Assembly: GCF_001465295.1 (NCBI RefSeq)
Contig: NZ_CP011034.1
Span: 810,001-842,000, forward strand
Direction: 5' to 3'
Length of the DNA stretch: 32,000 bases
Source: Pseudoalteromonas translucida KMM 520
Lineage (GTDB): Bacteria > Pseudomonadota > Gammaproteobacteria > Enterobacterales > Alteromonadaceae
Shown here: positions 13,216 through 20,915 of the stretch, piece by piece
Numbering within the stretch: the first letter of the stretch is position 1
Layout of the letters: every line of letters begins with the position of its first letter
Notes under the pieces: generated by a model
Told to the model about the DNA's origin: nothing
What the model saw: only the letters and a program-made list of their open reading frames with translations
Databases searched by the model: none
Made by a program: the position numbers and the translations under genes

Positions 13216-13803
13216 TTGAACAGACTGTTTTTAATATGTATTTTAGTTATTTTAGTTGCAGGGTGTAGTAATCAAAATACTGACGCCACACAGTTAAATG
13301 ACATAGTACGCATGGAAGAAATAAAACCTTACCTAGAACAATGGGACGCTAATAAAGATAAAATAACGCGTTTAAGCGAAATTGAAAGTGAGCTATTAAT
13401 GTTAGTTCAAGCGCTATCCCTACAAGCAGATTTAGAGACAGTACCTGAAAATATGCGTACAGGTGTTAAATTAGTTGAACATGGTACAAGTGAACAGAAT
13501 ATACAAGAAACAGCCCAAACAACTTTAACTACCCCACAGCAATCTACTTATGCCGTGAATTTAGGTAGTTACTTAAAAAAAGATTTAGCAATACTTACTT
13601 CGCAAAGGCTTCAAAAAGCATACCCTTTAATTTTTAAAGCGTTTCAATATAAAGTAAACACTCTTTCAAAGCCCAACATAGTGTTGCATCAGTTAATCGC
13701 TGGGCCATTTAATAATAAGCAAGATGCCATCATTTTTTGTCGAATCTTATCTAAAATAGACCTAGCCTGTAAGTTATCTCCTTTTGCTGGAGAAAATGTT
13801 TAA
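13216..13803 (+). CDS. Lipoprotein with divergent SPOR-like C-terminal domain (paralog B)
   Basis: A TTG start is the only one that retains the signal peptide MNRLFLICILVILVAGC (lipobox LVAGC), and the SD is weak. The C-terminus is YAVNLGSYLKKDLA...LHQLIAGPFNNKQDAIIFCRILSKIDLACKL. It shares a helical QW...RL..IE..L motif with paralogs A and D. Confidence 0.5.
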   Translation: MNRLFLICILVILVAGCSNQNTDATQLNDIVRMEEIKPYLEQWDANKDKITRLSEIESELLMLVQALSLQADLETVPENMRTGVKLVEHGTSEQNIQETAQTTLTTPQQSTYAVNLGSYLKKDLAILTSQRLQKAYPLIFKAFQYKVNTLSKPNIVLHQLIAGPFNNKQDAIIFCRILSKIDLACKLSPFAGENV

Positions 13804-13946
13804 TAAACAATAAGCTGTATTTATTGAATTAAAAAAGCGATTTTATAAATTTTTTAAAAAAGTATGAAATAATCCTAAACATATAATGATTTTGGTCGAT
13901 AATTAATTTAACCTAAATGTAAGGTTTATGAAAACATATCTAAGGA

Positions 13947-14543
13947 ATGAATATGAAAAAATTATTAACTAAAACTACACTGGCTGCATCTGTTGCTTTA
14001 CTTGCTTTTGGTGCTTCGGCAGAAACTGCGACATTTAACGCAGGTGTAACTGTTCAAAATGCATTTACTTTTCAAAGTACTGCAGATTTAGATTTTGGTA
14101 CTATTCGTGCTACAGCAGATACAGCTACAACCGATACAGCGACGCTTGTTCTTGCAGCCAACCCTGCAACATCATCAAAAACAGCTGCTTCAGGTGCGGG
14201 CGCAGAAATTGCAGTACTTACAGCAGGTACGCCAGCTTCTTTTTCAGTGTCTGGAGTTTCTCCTTTTGCAACACTAACAATTGATGCGACAGGTGTAACG
14301 GGTGCTATTTCTCCGGTAACAGCTCCTGCAGGTACTGCAGGCTTTACACTTAGTACTCCTACTTACTACGTATTAACAGGCGCAAACCCAAATAGTGCAG
14401 CAACAACAGCTATTCAAGTTGACTCTACAGGCGCTGCTACATTTAATATGGGTGCAACATTAACTACAGATGCAACAACCCCTTCAAGTGATTACATTGA
14501 CGGCGATTACAGTGGTACATTCACATTAATATTAGATTATTAA
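13947..14543 (+). CDS. Secreted fibre (pilin-like) major subunit, DUF4402 / spore-coat-U-like
   Basis: Signal peptide KKLLTKTTLAASVALLAFGASA|E. The start may be the ATG at 13953, which lies 6 nt after AAGGA. It has an N-proximal LDFGTI motif, very high Thr/Ala/Ser/Gly content, no Cys, and a C-terminal strand DGDYSGTFTLILDY ending in Tyr. That strand resembles archaic chaperone-usher subunits. The gene lies upstream of a PapD-like chaperone. Confidence 0.6.
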   Translation: MNMKKLLTKTTLAASVALLAFGASAETATFNAGVTVQNAFTFQSTADLDFGTIRATADTATTDTATLVLAANPATSSKTAASGAGAEIAVLTAGTPASFSVSGVSPFATLTIDATGVTGAISPVTAPAGTAGFTLSTPTYYVLTGANPNSAATTAIQVDSTGAATFNMGATLTTDATTPSSDYIDGDYSGTFTLILDY

Positions 14544-14551
14544 TAGTATTT

Positions 14552-14570
14552 GCCTGCCTTAATGGCAGGC
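14552..14570 (+). promoter_or_regulatory. Intercistronic GC-rich stem-loop after the major-subunit gene
   Basis: GCCTGCC / GGCAGGC 7-bp stem with loop TTAAT. Only a short T-run (TTT) follows. The 3' arm overlaps the only purine-rich SD-like sequence (AGG) before the GTG at 14576. Confidence 0.5.
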
Positions 14571-14575
14571 ACTTT

Positions 14576-15022
14576 GTGCTAAAACTTATTTTATTACTGA
14601 GTGCTTTTTTTTGCGTTCAGGCACTTGCTCAGGTGACCGTTCTTGAACCTCTAAACTTCGGTACGATTGTTGTCGTAAAAAATACACCTAGTAGCTCAAT
14701 CACTCTTTTACCAAGTGGCAGTAGTTCGACAACCAATATACATTTAATGCAAAGTGGACATCCTGCAGAATTGCTTTTTGAGGGATTCGGGGCACGAGTA
14801 CAATTAAACATAAGTGATACAGGTGTATATCCATCCCTTAGTAGAGTGAATGGTGGAAACGCTTTTATACTTAACAGTGTCATTTATGCTTCTTCTGTAA
14901 CAACAAACGCATATGGCATGGGGGTTTTAAAGGTTGGGGGGCAGTTAAGCACCAGTGGCGACGGGCAACCATATATAGACGATAACTACAGCACCACAAT
15001 TGAACTAACAATTTCGTATTAA
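14576..15022 (+). CDS. Secreted fibre minor subunit, DUF4402 / spore-coat-U-like
   Basis: GTG start and signal peptide MLKLILLLSAFFCVQALA|Q. It has the same N-proximal LNFGTI motif and C-terminal DDNYSTTIELTISY strand as the upstream subunit. Confidence 0.55.
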   Translation: MLKLILLLSAFFCVQALAQVTVLEPLNFGTIVVVKNTPSSSITLLPSGSSSTTNIHLMQSGHPAELLFEGFGARVQLNISDTGVYPSLSRVNGGNAFILNSVIYASSVTTNAYGMGVLKVGGQLSTSGDGQPYIDDNYSTTIELTISY

Positions 15023-15035
15023 GAGCAATTTCACA

Positions 15036-15866
15036 ATGAATTTATTTAAACTTTTTTTTATACTTGCGTGTGCCAGCCAGCTATTCATAAGCTTTAATAG
15101 CCAAGCCAATTTACTTATCTCCCCAACTCGTATTTCTTTTGATGAACGCCAACGCGTTGCCAAAGTGATCGTTATAAACAATGGCGATGAATATCAGACA
15201 TACCGTTTAGAATGGCAGGAAAAAACAGCAAAACCAGAAGGTGGATACATTACCCTAACTGATGGGCAGACACCTTCTTCATCATTGAGCAATATGGTAC
15301 GTATGAGCCCGTCACAGGTGCGCCTAGCTCCTGGTGAGCGACAAATAGTAAAGCTTGCACTTAGGAAACCTAGAGGCTTAGACGATAAAGAGTATCGTTC
15401 GCATTTATTATTTAAAGCCCTACCTAATGAAACTAAAAGTAATAAACAAGGAATGGGTATCACAATTAATATGATTTTGAGTTACTCCATACCAATTATA
15501 TTACGCCAAGGGGCTAAAATACCTGAAGTAGATATTGAATCTGTTGAAGTAATAAAAAATCAAAAAAATAGCGCATTACTTGTTTCGCTTGCGAAAACAG
15601 GAAATTATAGTGCTTTTGGTAAAGTTGAAGCTTTTTACCAAGCAAGTAATAGTAGTGAAGAAATTAAAGTGTCTATGATTAACGACTATAGTATTTACGC
15701 TGAAGTACCATTGGCTAGATTGACGTTAAGTCTATTTGAAAAAAATACAATTAAAGGGCCTGGTAAATTGCGTATCGTGTATTCCGGTTTAAAAGAATAT
15801 CAAGGTACCAAGTTTGCCGAGAAAATAGTTAATATTAATGTAGGATCATTAGGACTATTAAACTGA
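15036..15866 (+). CDS. PapD-like periplasmic pilus chaperone
   Basis: Signal peptide, then LLISPTRISFDERQRVAKVIVINNGDEYQTYRLEW. This fits the PapD_N pattern (i.PtRv.f ... v.v.N.g). MSPSQVRLAPGERQIVKL, EYRSHLLFKALP and SYSIPIILR also fit the Ig-like chaperone fold pattern. Confidence 0.62.
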   Translation: MNLFKLFFILACASQLFISFNSQANLLISPTRISFDERQRVAKVIVINNGDEYQTYRLEWQEKTAKPEGGYITLTDGQTPSSSLSNMVRMSPSQVRLAPGERQIVKLALRKPRGLDDKEYRSHLLFKALPNETKSNKQGMGITINMILSYSIPIILRQGAKIPEVDIESVEVIKNQKNSALLVSLAKTGNYSAFGKVEAFYQASNSSEEIKVSMINDYSIYAEVPLARLTLSLFEKNTIKGPGKLRIVYSGLKEYQGTKFAEKIVNINVGSLGLLN

Positions 15867-15874
15867 TTTTAAAA

Positions 15875-18865
15875 ATGCATTTCACATGGAGTGTAAGCTT
15901 AATTTTACTTGTATTAGGTTTTGGTGTGCAGGCATCTGTAAATAAAACAGATGCTGTGTATAACACTTTAGTTAATATTGAAAAAAAATGGCAAGCTTTA
16001 ACTTCTGAGCAGGTTAATACTGTTCACAGTAAAGAGCAAGCCACACTAATTAATAGTAGTGGTGATAAAAACGCAGGAATTCCTGTGGGAGAACTGTTGT
16101 TTTTTTCAGCGTACTTACGTCAATATTATTTAGGTGAATTAATTGCTATAAAAAGCGATAAAGGCGCTTGGCTTGAGCTTAATAGCTTGTTTGAGCAACT
16201 TAATTTTGCCATAGCAATTAATAACGAAAATTTAACTGCAAAAGGTTGGTATATTTCACAAAACAATCGTTTTGAGCTGGATTTAACTAATAAAACAGTC
16301 GTTATAAAAGGCGAGCTTTACCCACTATCTGAGCAAGATTACTACCTTGATGCTGGTGATATATTTATTGATTCAGCGCTTTTAAATAATTGGTTTGAGT
16401 TAAATTCAAAGCTAAACTTTAGTTCCTTGGAGCTTAGGCTTTCTCCTAAACAACAATTACCAATCGAGCAAAGACTACAGCGCGAAGAGAGAAAAATATC
16501 AAAAAATACTGATAGTTTAGAGCCCACATTACCTTGGAAAGCCAGTCCTTACCAAGCAGTATCTGCACCTGTAGCTGATTTCCAGCTTAGTTATTCTGCA
16601 ACTAAATCGAATAGTTCTTTAAATTACTCAATTTTAGGCTCGCAAGATCTCGCTTATTTAAAAAGTGAATACTACCTTGCTGGACAAAATGGCGATGATA
16701 TTAGGGATTCACGTTTATCTTTTAGCCGTGAAGATACAAGCGCAAGCTTATTAGGGCCATTAAATGCCACTAGTATAGAGTTTGGTGATGTACTTTCTAC
16801 GCAAATAGGAAGTAATTTTACTAGTAACTACGCACGTGGAGTTAAAGTAAATAACAAACCGTTGTATAAAAAGGTAAATAGTAATCAAATAAACTTAACC
16901 GGTGCAATACAGGCTGGTTGGGATGTAGAGCTATATCGGAATAAAATTTTAATTGATCAGCAGCTTAGTTTACCTGATGGGCGCTATCTTTTTGAAAATA
17001 TAGATTTACTGTTTGGGACTAATACGTTTGAGCTTATATTTTACGGGCCACAGGGACAAGTAGAGCGCAAAGTTGAAGAGTATTTAATTGACGGTAATAG
17101 CTTAAATGAGGGAGAAGGCTTTTATGAACTTTCATTAACCCAAGAGGGCGAGCAGCTCCTCACAACTCCCAATTACTTCAACGATCAACAAGGCTGGTTG
17201 TTAGCAGGTCGCTATGAGCAGGGGGTAACTGACTATTTTTCTGTTTATGCGGGGATATCGGCTCTAAAAAGTGATAACGCAGAGAGTCAAAATAATTATG
17301 CGTTTGGCTCTAATTTAAGTATTTTTAATCGTGTATTAATTAATTTAGATTATGAAAAAAGTAATGACAGTGAAAAAGAGCTTGAACTTGCAGCCAGAAC
17401 TGAGCTTGCCGGACAATCTGTGCGCTTTAGTATGCGAAAAGCATCATTATTAAATGCTAGCCAGCAGAGTAATTTATATAACGATATAGACGCTTATGAG
17501 TTATTTGTATCGGGTAATGTTATGCAAAATAATTATGGCCATTTAAGTTATCAAAACACGGCGTCACATATAAGTAGTGATACTCAACAAAGCATTCTTA
17601 GATTTGGAAATAGCTTAAACTACTATAATAGCGGCTATTCGTTTAATAATAATTTACAGTGGTCAGATAATGATACCTTTTTTGGTAGTAGCCGGTTGCA
17701 AAAACGTTTTGGACGATTGAGCACGCGTTTCGGTGTTAACTACGAAATTAAACCAGAAAGTGAAGTTACGAGTTACGAAACGGAGTTTAGCCGTAACCTA
17801 AGCTCTAATTTACAAGCAGAATTAAAATTAACACACCAGCTAGAAGATAACATTAAGTTTGTTGAGTTAGGATTAAATTGGCAAGCTCAGCTGTTTAGCT
17901 TAAATAGTAATTTTAATTACGATAGTGAGGATAATTGGCGTATCGGTTTATTTGGTCGCTTTAGCCTAGGGTATGACACTAAAAACAACAACTACTTTGT
18001 TAATAACCGCAGTTTAGTTCAGTCGGGCTCTTTAATGGTACATGTTTATCTTGATGAAAATAATAATGGTATTTATGACGATGGTGAGCAAAATTTAGAA
18101 GGGATCAAAGTTAAAGGGCTACAAAATTACCGAAGAGCGATAACTGATGAGCACGGTATCGCTTTATTATCGGGTATGCCAGCCAATTTAACCACTGATA
18201 TAGTGATTGAGCCCGGTAGCATTAACGAGCCTTTTTTAGTTGCCGCTAACGATGGTTTTTCAATAACACCGCGTGCGGGCTTTGTTGAATACATGGAAAT
18301 ACCGCTTAACAATAGTAGTGAAATAGAGGGCACGGTATATAAACAGCATGATGGTAAGCCCAGCGAAGTGCAACCATTCGCCACAATTAAGTTACTTGAC
18401 CAGCAGGGCAAACAAGTGGCGCAAACACAAGCTGCTTACGACGGTTATTATTTATTTACTGATTTACGCCCTGGTGAATATAAAGCCGTAATTGATGATG
18501 AGTTTAAAGAGCGTAAAGCACTTAAAGATACACAACAAATTATGGTGAACTTACCAGCGCAAGGTGAAGTAGTAATGGGCGTAGACTTTGAGCTTAAAGA
18601 AAAAGCCAAAAAGCCAGCTTATATTGCTAACGCGGGGCGTTTTTCATCGTTACCTATAATGAAAGCGTATTACCAGTTAATAAAACAGCACTTGCCTGCT
18701 GCGTCAAAGCGAGAAGCATTTTACATAAAGGATAAACAGCAAAAACGTTATATATTAGCTATAGCATACGCAGATTCAGAACAAGGTAAACTCGAGCAAG
18801 TATGTAATGAACTGCAAATTAAAGGCTTAAGCTGCGAAGTGCAAGCACAACTAATTAGCCATTAA
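15875..18865 (+). CDS. Usher-like outer-membrane protein with C-terminal beta-sandwich modules and SPOR-like tail
   Basis: 996 aa with signal peptide MHFTWSVSLILLVLGFGVQA. An usher-type motif is present: GWDVELYRNKILIDQQLSLPDGRYLFENIDLLFGTNTFELIFYGPQGQ (nt 16901-17085). A long region of alternating beta-barrel-like sequence follows. Next come an SdrD-B-like VHVYLDENNNGIYDDGEQNLEGIKV and a carboxypeptidase-regulatory-like IEGTVYK...DGYYLFTDLRPGEYKAVI (about 18035-18560). The protein ends with a SPOR-like YIANAGRFSS...RYILAIAYADSEQGKLEQVCNELQIKGLSCEV (about 18611-18862). The position after the chaperone fits an usher. Confidence 0.5.
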   Translation: MHFTWSVSLILLVLGFGVQASVNKTDAVYNTLVNIEKKWQALTSEQVNTVHSKEQATLINSSGDKNAGIPVGELLFFSAYLRQYYLGELIAIKSDKGAWLELNSLFEQLNFAIAINNENLTAKGWYISQNNRFELDLTNKTVVIKGELYPLSEQDYYLDAGDIFIDSALLNNWFELNSKLNFSSLELRLSPKQQLPIEQRLQREERKISKNTDSLEPTLPWKASPYQAVSAPVADFQLSYSATKSNSSLNYSILGSQDLAYLKSEYYLAGQNGDDIRDSRLSFSREDTSASLLGPLNATSIEFGDVLSTQIGSNFTSNYARGVKVNNKPLYKKVNSNQINLTGAIQAGWDVELYRNKILIDQQLSLPDGRYLFENIDLLFGTNTFELIFYGPQGQVERKVEEYLIDGNSLNEGEGFYELSLTQEGEQLLTTPNYFNDQQGWLLAGRYEQGVTDYFSVYAGISALKSDNAESQNNYAFGSNLSIFNRVLINLDYEKSNDSEKELELAARTELAGQSVRFSMRKASLLNASQQSNLYNDIDAYELFVSGNVMQNNYGHLSYQNTASHISSDTQQSILRFGNSLNYYNSGYSFNNNLQWSDNDTFFGSSRLQKRFGRLSTRFGVNYEIKPESEVTSYETEFSRNLSSNLQAELKLTHQLEDNIKFVELGLNWQAQLFSLNSNFNYDSEDNWRIGLFGRFSLGYDTKNNNYFVNNRSLVQSGSLMVHVYLDENNNGIYDDGEQNLEGIKVKGLQNYRRAITDEHGIALLSGMPANLTTDIVIEPGSINEPFLVAANDGFSITPRAGFVEYMEIPLNNSSEIEGTVYKQHDGKPSEVQPFATIKLLDQQGKQVAQTQAAYDGYYLFTDLRPGEYKAVIDDEFKERKALKDTQQIMVNLPAQGEVVMGVDFELKEKAKKPAYIANAGRFSSLPIMKAYYQLIKQHLPAASKREAFYIKDKQQKRYILAIAYADSEQGKLEQVCNELQIKGLSCEVQAQLISH

Positions 18866-18883
18866 AATCAACAAGGTTTAACT

Positions 18884-19546
18884 ATGCAAAATGTTAATTT
18901 TTACAAACGATTTTTAATTATAATAGTATGTATAGGCACTGCTTTTATATCGGGTTGTAGTAGTACTGAGCAAAAAGTGGAAACGTTAGATAAAGTTACT
19001 ACTCAAACCGAGGTTACTATTTCAGCTGAAGAATTAGATCAATTAAAAGCCTCGTCACAGCAGTGGCAGCAAGCTAAAGCGGGCGTAGAGCGTCTATTAA
19101 TTATAGAGCAAGACCTAAAGTTATTAATAAGCCAATTGAATGCGGTGGCACAAAGAGAATCGGCAGTAAACAGTAGCAATGTAAGTCAACCAGTAATAAC
19201 AGCAGAGGCTGAAGCTAATAAAGCAACTGCAACAGATGCAGTTGCTCCAGTGGAACAAATAGAGGAATACACGCAACCTCTTTTTTCTTTACAAGTTGCA
19301 GCGGTAACTGAACATGCGCGACTAGTTCAAAGCTTTAATGAAATAAAAGCAAATGCAGCTGAGTTATTTCACGGGGAATTTATTGCAAATGTAGAAACGA
19401 TAAAAATTAACGGTGTTACTTATTATCGTTTAAAGCTAGGTGCATACCAATATCAAAAAAATGCGAACATAGATTGCAATAAGCTTAAGCTACAGCAAGT
19501 TAATTGTATTGTTAGTCATTACACAGATCAGCCACTAAAGTTATAA
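18884..19546 (+). CDS. Lipoprotein with SPOR-like C-terminal domain (paralog D)
   Basis: AAGG SD and lipobox FISGC. SAEELDQLKASSQQWQQAKAGVERLLIIEQDLKLL parallels TALELAQLKDAAMQWQQARSGIERLLKLEKDITYL of 12464-13141. The C-terminus LFSLQVAAV...NGVTYYRLKLGAYQYQKNANIDCNKLKLQQVNCIVSHYTDQPLKL is near-collinear with paralog A. Confidence 0.6.
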   Translation: MQNVNFYKRFLIIIVCIGTAFISGCSSTEQKVETLDKVTTQTEVTISAEELDQLKASSQQWQQAKAGVERLLIIEQDLKLLISQLNAVAQRESAVNSSNVSQPVITAEAEANKATATDAVAPVEQIEEYTQPLFSLQVAAVTEHARLVQSFNEIKANAAELFHGEFIANVETIKINGVTYYRLKLGAYQYQKNANIDCNKLKLQQVNCIVSHYTDQPLKL

Positions 19547-19608
19547 ATAGATAAAGGGGCGGCACAGTACTTGCTTTATCTTTTGTATGTTTTTTGAGGA
19601 TGGCAACT

Positions 19609-20202
19609 ATGCGCCTTTTATTACCGTTATTATTAGTAAACTTAGCAGCATGTAGCTTAACACCACAGCCTGAGCCAAGTGTAAGCACAACTGCGCGTAA
19701 AGCAGCCATGGCACCTTATACGGTTAACGACTACGTAAATAACTTAACTTATCAGCTTAGTCACTTTAAAGGACCTTTAAGCGGTAATTCTCGCATTGGG
19801 GTAAGCAGCTTTTATTACGCAAACGCGCTAGATTCAAAGCTTCCCAGCGGCCAAGCTGAAGGTTTAAGCCAACAAATTCAAGAAAGCCTGCTAACGCAAT
19901 TCACTCAATTGGGATATAACACCGTTGAGTACCGTTTAAGTAATAATATAAATTTAGCATCTAACGCCGATAGCGTGCTTAGCAGAGATATAACTCAACT
20001 GCGCGAACGTCAGAATATTGACTTAATTATTACCGGCACAGTTACACGCCAGCAACACGCTTATATTGTTAATGCCCGACTGGTTAATATTAACAATAAA
20101 CACGTTTTATCAGCTGGCAGTACCGAAATCCCGATTAATGTAATGTGGGGCAGTGAAAAAGTTCAGCAACGCGATAATAACTTATATCGCAGCGAATACT
20201 AA
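19609..20202 (+). CDS. FlgO-like lipoprotein 1
   Basis: The ATG at 19609 lies 8 nt after GAGGA and gives MRLLLPLLLVNLAAC (lipobox). The core is RIGVSSFYYAN...LSQQIQESLLTQFTQLGYNTVEYRL...SVLSRD...DLIITGTVTRQQHAYIVNARLVNINNKHVLSAGSTEIP. This fits my recollection of the FlgO family pattern, whose fold may resemble CsgG/LpoB. Confidence 0.5.
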   Translation: MRLLLPLLLVNLAACSLTPQPEPSVSTTARKAAMAPYTVNDYVNNLTYQLSHFKGPLSGNSRIGVSSFYYANALDSKLPSGQAEGLSQQIQESLLTQFTQLGYNTVEYRLSNNINLASNADSVLSRDITQLRERQNIDLIITGTVTRQQHAYIVNARLVNINNKHVLSAGSTEIPINVMWGSEKVQQRDNNLYRSEY

Positions 20203-20215
20203 TTAGGAGCACAAA

Positions 20216-20908
20216 ATGAAAAAGCTATTACTTACATTATGTTTGCCATTGGGCTTTGGGTGCTCACAAATGCTAACAGGCATGAACTCAGACACCACAC
20301 AAAAAAATAAAAACAACTCAGTACAATTGGCTAATGGCGAGCGCGCAGTGGCAGCTCCAATGACCGACAACCAGGTATATCAGTCGGGGTTAATGCAACA
20401 TACTAATTATTCAAAATCGAGCACGCCATCGCGTAAAAATATTAATCATTATGTGCGTGGCATAATGCAAAATATGGTAGAAAACCTACAATATGTGAAC
20501 GAAAAAACACCACTGGCAGTTTCAAGCTTTGTGTTTTTAGATGATGATTACAACGACGCAAGTTTGTTAGGAAATCAAATTTCCGAAAGTTTCATGCATG
20601 AACTACACAGCTTTGGCATACCAGTTATCGACTTTAAAACTACCGATTATATGCGCGTAACTCCAAGCGGCGATTTTGTATTTAGCCGCGACTACCTTGA
20701 GCTCAACCAAGATCAAAACTTTAACTATGTTTTAGCCGGCACTTTAGTAAGCCATCAAGGTGGTGTGCTTGTAAATGCACGTATTATTGGCTTAGCCAGT
20801 AAAGCCGTAGTAGGAACAGCACAAGGCTTTATTCCTCAGTCAGTGGTAGATGCACTTAATAGTAGTTACAGAACCGATGGCATTATGCTTAAACAAGTAG
20901 GTAAGTGA
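20216..20908 (+). CDS. FlgO-like lipoprotein 2
   Basis: AGGAG SD and lipobox LGFGC. The core is LAVSSFVFLDD...LGNQISESFMHELHSFGIPVIDFKT...GDFVFSRD...YVLAGTLVSHQGGVLVNARIIGLASKAVVGTAQGFIP. It is paralogous to the genes on both sides. Confidence 0.5.
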   Translation: MKKLLLTLCLPLGFGCSQMLTGMNSDTTQKNKNNSVQLANGERAVAAPMTDNQVYQSGLMQHTNYSKSSTPSRKNINHYVRGIMQNMVENLQYVNEKTPLAVSSFVFLDDDYNDASLLGNQISESFMHELHSFGIPVIDFKTTDYMRVTPSGDFVFSRDYLELNQDQNFNYVLAGTLVSHQGGVLVNARIIGLASKAVVGTAQGFIPQSVVDALNSSYRTDGIMLKQVGK

Positions 20909-20915
20909 GGTAGTT

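Noticed and set aside
14095-14277. A 60-aa Gln/Leu-rich ORF in an alternative plus-strand frame inside the major-subunit gene.
   Set aside because: It is a by-product of the repetitive ACA/GCA/GCT codon usage of the Thr/Ala-rich pilin frame. It has no start context and no motifs.
12476-15988. Homopolymer tracts of 8 nt near the 5' ends of locus genes: A8 at 12476-12483, T8 at 14605-14612, T8 at 15052-15059 and A8 at 15981-15988. I considered them as slipped-strand phase-variation switches.
   Set aside because: They encode Lys-Lys or Phe-Phe pairs expected in signal peptides of an AT-rich genome. Equivalent tracts occur in core genes, for example A8 in ptsP at 6775-6782. Eight nucleotides is short for an efficient switch.
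19550-19595. GATAAAG / CTTTATC inverted repeat followed by a T-rich run, between SPOR-like paralog D and the first FlgO-like gene. I considered it as an internal terminator.
   Set aside because: A 7-bp AT-rich stem with a 17-nt loop is predicted to be weak. It may modulate read-through, but it cannot be called a terminator from sequence alone.
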